Source: an uncultured Clostridia bacterium (GTDB lineage: Bacteria; Bacillota; Clostridia; Christensenellales; Aristaeellaceae). Taken from it: a stretch of DNA of 64,000 nucleotides. Shown here in pieces: positions 63,298-64,000 of this stretch. Position 1 is the stretch's first letter; each line of letters starts with the position of its first letter. Below the pieces are notes generated by a model, which was not told the DNA's origin, made no database searches, and saw only the letters and a list, made by a program, of their open reading frames with translations. The DNA is taken from positions 100,195-164,194 of the forward strand of contig CAKTWP010000002.1 of the NCBI GenBank assembly GCA_934630705.1, given 5' to 3'. The position numbers were made by a program, and so were the translations under genes.

Positions 63298-64000
63298 ATG
63301 GAAACCAAGGGCAATATTTCAATTCATGCGCAAAATATTATGCCGGTGATCAAGCGCTGGCTGTACTCGGACAAAGATATTTTCATCCGCGAGATGGTGA
63401 GCAACGGCTGCGACGCCGTGACCAAGTATAAAATGCTCAAGGGAGATACCGGCGAGGATTTGCGGGTCACCGTGACGGTGGATAAGGAAAACGGCGAGCT
63501 GCGCTTTACCGATAACGGCATCGGCATGACGGCGGAGGAAGTGGAAAAGTACATCAATCAGGTGGCCTTTTCCAGCGCTGAGGAATTTCTGAAGAATTAT
63601 ACCGGCGATGATAAGGGCGGCATTATCGGCCATTTTGGCCTGGGCTTTTATTCCGCGTTTATGGCCGCCGATAAGGTGACCATCGACACCCTGTCCTATC
63701 AGGAGGGGGCGGAGCCTGTGCTTTGGGAGAGCGAGGACGGCATGGCCTTCACCATGCGCACCGGCGCACGGACAGAGCGGGGCACCACCATCATCCTGCA
63801 TATCATGGAGGACGAGAAGGAATTTCTGGATGCGGGCCGGGTGCGGCAGGTGCTGGACCGGTACTGCGGGTATATGAGCGTGCCCATTTATCTGGAGGAT
63901 CTGAGCAAGCCTGCGGAGGAGAAGCCCGCCGAGGATGAAAATTCCGCCGCCAACGAAGATCAGGAGCCCAAGGTGCACGGCACCGAGGAAGAAGAAAAGG
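63298..64000 (+). CDS. htpG: Molecular chaperone HtpG (Hsp90), N-terminal part (runs off the window)
   Basis: GHKL ATPase motifs IHAQNIMPVIKRWLYSDKDIFIREMVSNGCDA and GHFGLGFYSAFMAADKV. RBS gagggagg. Confidence 0.85.
   Translation, partial: METKGNISIHAQNIMPVIKRWLYSDKDIFIREMVSNGCDAVTKYKMLKGDTGEDLRVTVTVDKENGELRFTDNGIGMTAEEVEKYINQVAFSSAEEFLKNYTGDDKGGIIGHFGLGFYSAFMAADKVTIDTLSYQEGAEPVLWESEDGMAFTMRTGARTERGTTIILHIMEDEKEFLDAGRVRQVLDRYCGYMSVPIYLEDLSKPAEEKPAEDENSAANEDQEPKVHGTEEEEK

Noticed and set aside
1-64000. CRISPR array, prophage, integrase, transposase or IS elements.
   Set aside because: None found. There are no regularly spaced identical repeats and no recombinase or transposase ORFs. The only repeats are the REP-like and composite structured families reported above.

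Overview
This window is a high-GC Firmicutes (Clostridia-like) chromosomal segment, mostly core housekeeping genes, with no prophage, IS element or CRISPR array. Many long ORFs in the six-frame track are antisense GC artefacts and I did not call them.

Genes I can support:
- 644-2173 (-): tsaC/sua5 and an ECF-transporter S component.
- 2497-3660 (-): membrane GGDEF diguanylate cyclase.
- 4029-5471 (+): archaeal-type proS, preceded by a T-box leader.
- 5721-7030 (-): ECF sigma factor and its anti-sigma, divergent from a secreted protein with a C-terminal DnaJ-type CxxCxGxG zinc finger (7204-8295).
- 8461-16374 (mixed strands): intact sigK (+), TetR regulator (+), Na+/solute symporter (-), phosphoglucomutase (+), metallophosphoesterase (+), lysA-like PLP decarboxylase (+).
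- 16646-21386: split chromate-transporter pair (-), hypothetical (+), parA/parB (+), beta-lactamase-fold hydrolase (+).
- 22189-26074: rpsF-ssb-rpsR operon (-), aspartate aminotransferase (+), ketopantoate reductase (+).
- 26265-29578 (-): CotH/lamin-tail kinase, small hypothetical, CHAP-domain amidase.
- 29575-32985 (-): tandem P-II-like protein, duplicated DUF1538 membrane protein, UPF0104 membrane protein.
- 33194-37624 (-): GIY-YIG/DUF4357 gene interrupted by an in-frame TGA, tRNA-Ser(CGA), ppdK.
- 37946-48412: asp23/yloV pair (+), tex (+), methyltransferase-like hypothetical (+), uvrA (+) with a LexA box, rny (-).
- 49076-55163: TM1266-like regulator (+) with an orphan NMT1-like binding protein (+), phasin-like protein (+), recG (-), GH13 glycosidase (-).
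- 55237-64000: AraC regulator (-), LplABC-like sugar uptake locus (+), rplU-prp-rpmA (+), tandem-GNAT acetyltransferase (+), L,D-transpeptidase (+), 5' part of htpG (+).

The most unusual signal is a modular structured repeat family. It has four full copies, all on the + strand immediately 3' of + strand genes, plus partial copies. It consists of a G-run/GTTCTTTGG REP-like hairpin, a GGGATAAAAA box, a large hairpin showing compensatory substitutions between copies, and a 3' GCGGGAGGGG...CCCCTCCCGC hairpin.

Other points worth a second look:
- A palindrome-dense noncoding block at 1-530.
- A tandem element beside tRNA-Ser.
- The PII/DUF1538/UPF0104 membrane cluster.
- A candidate small RNA or attenuator upstream of rny.
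- An unclassified ~200-nt leader upstream of the TM1266-like gene.
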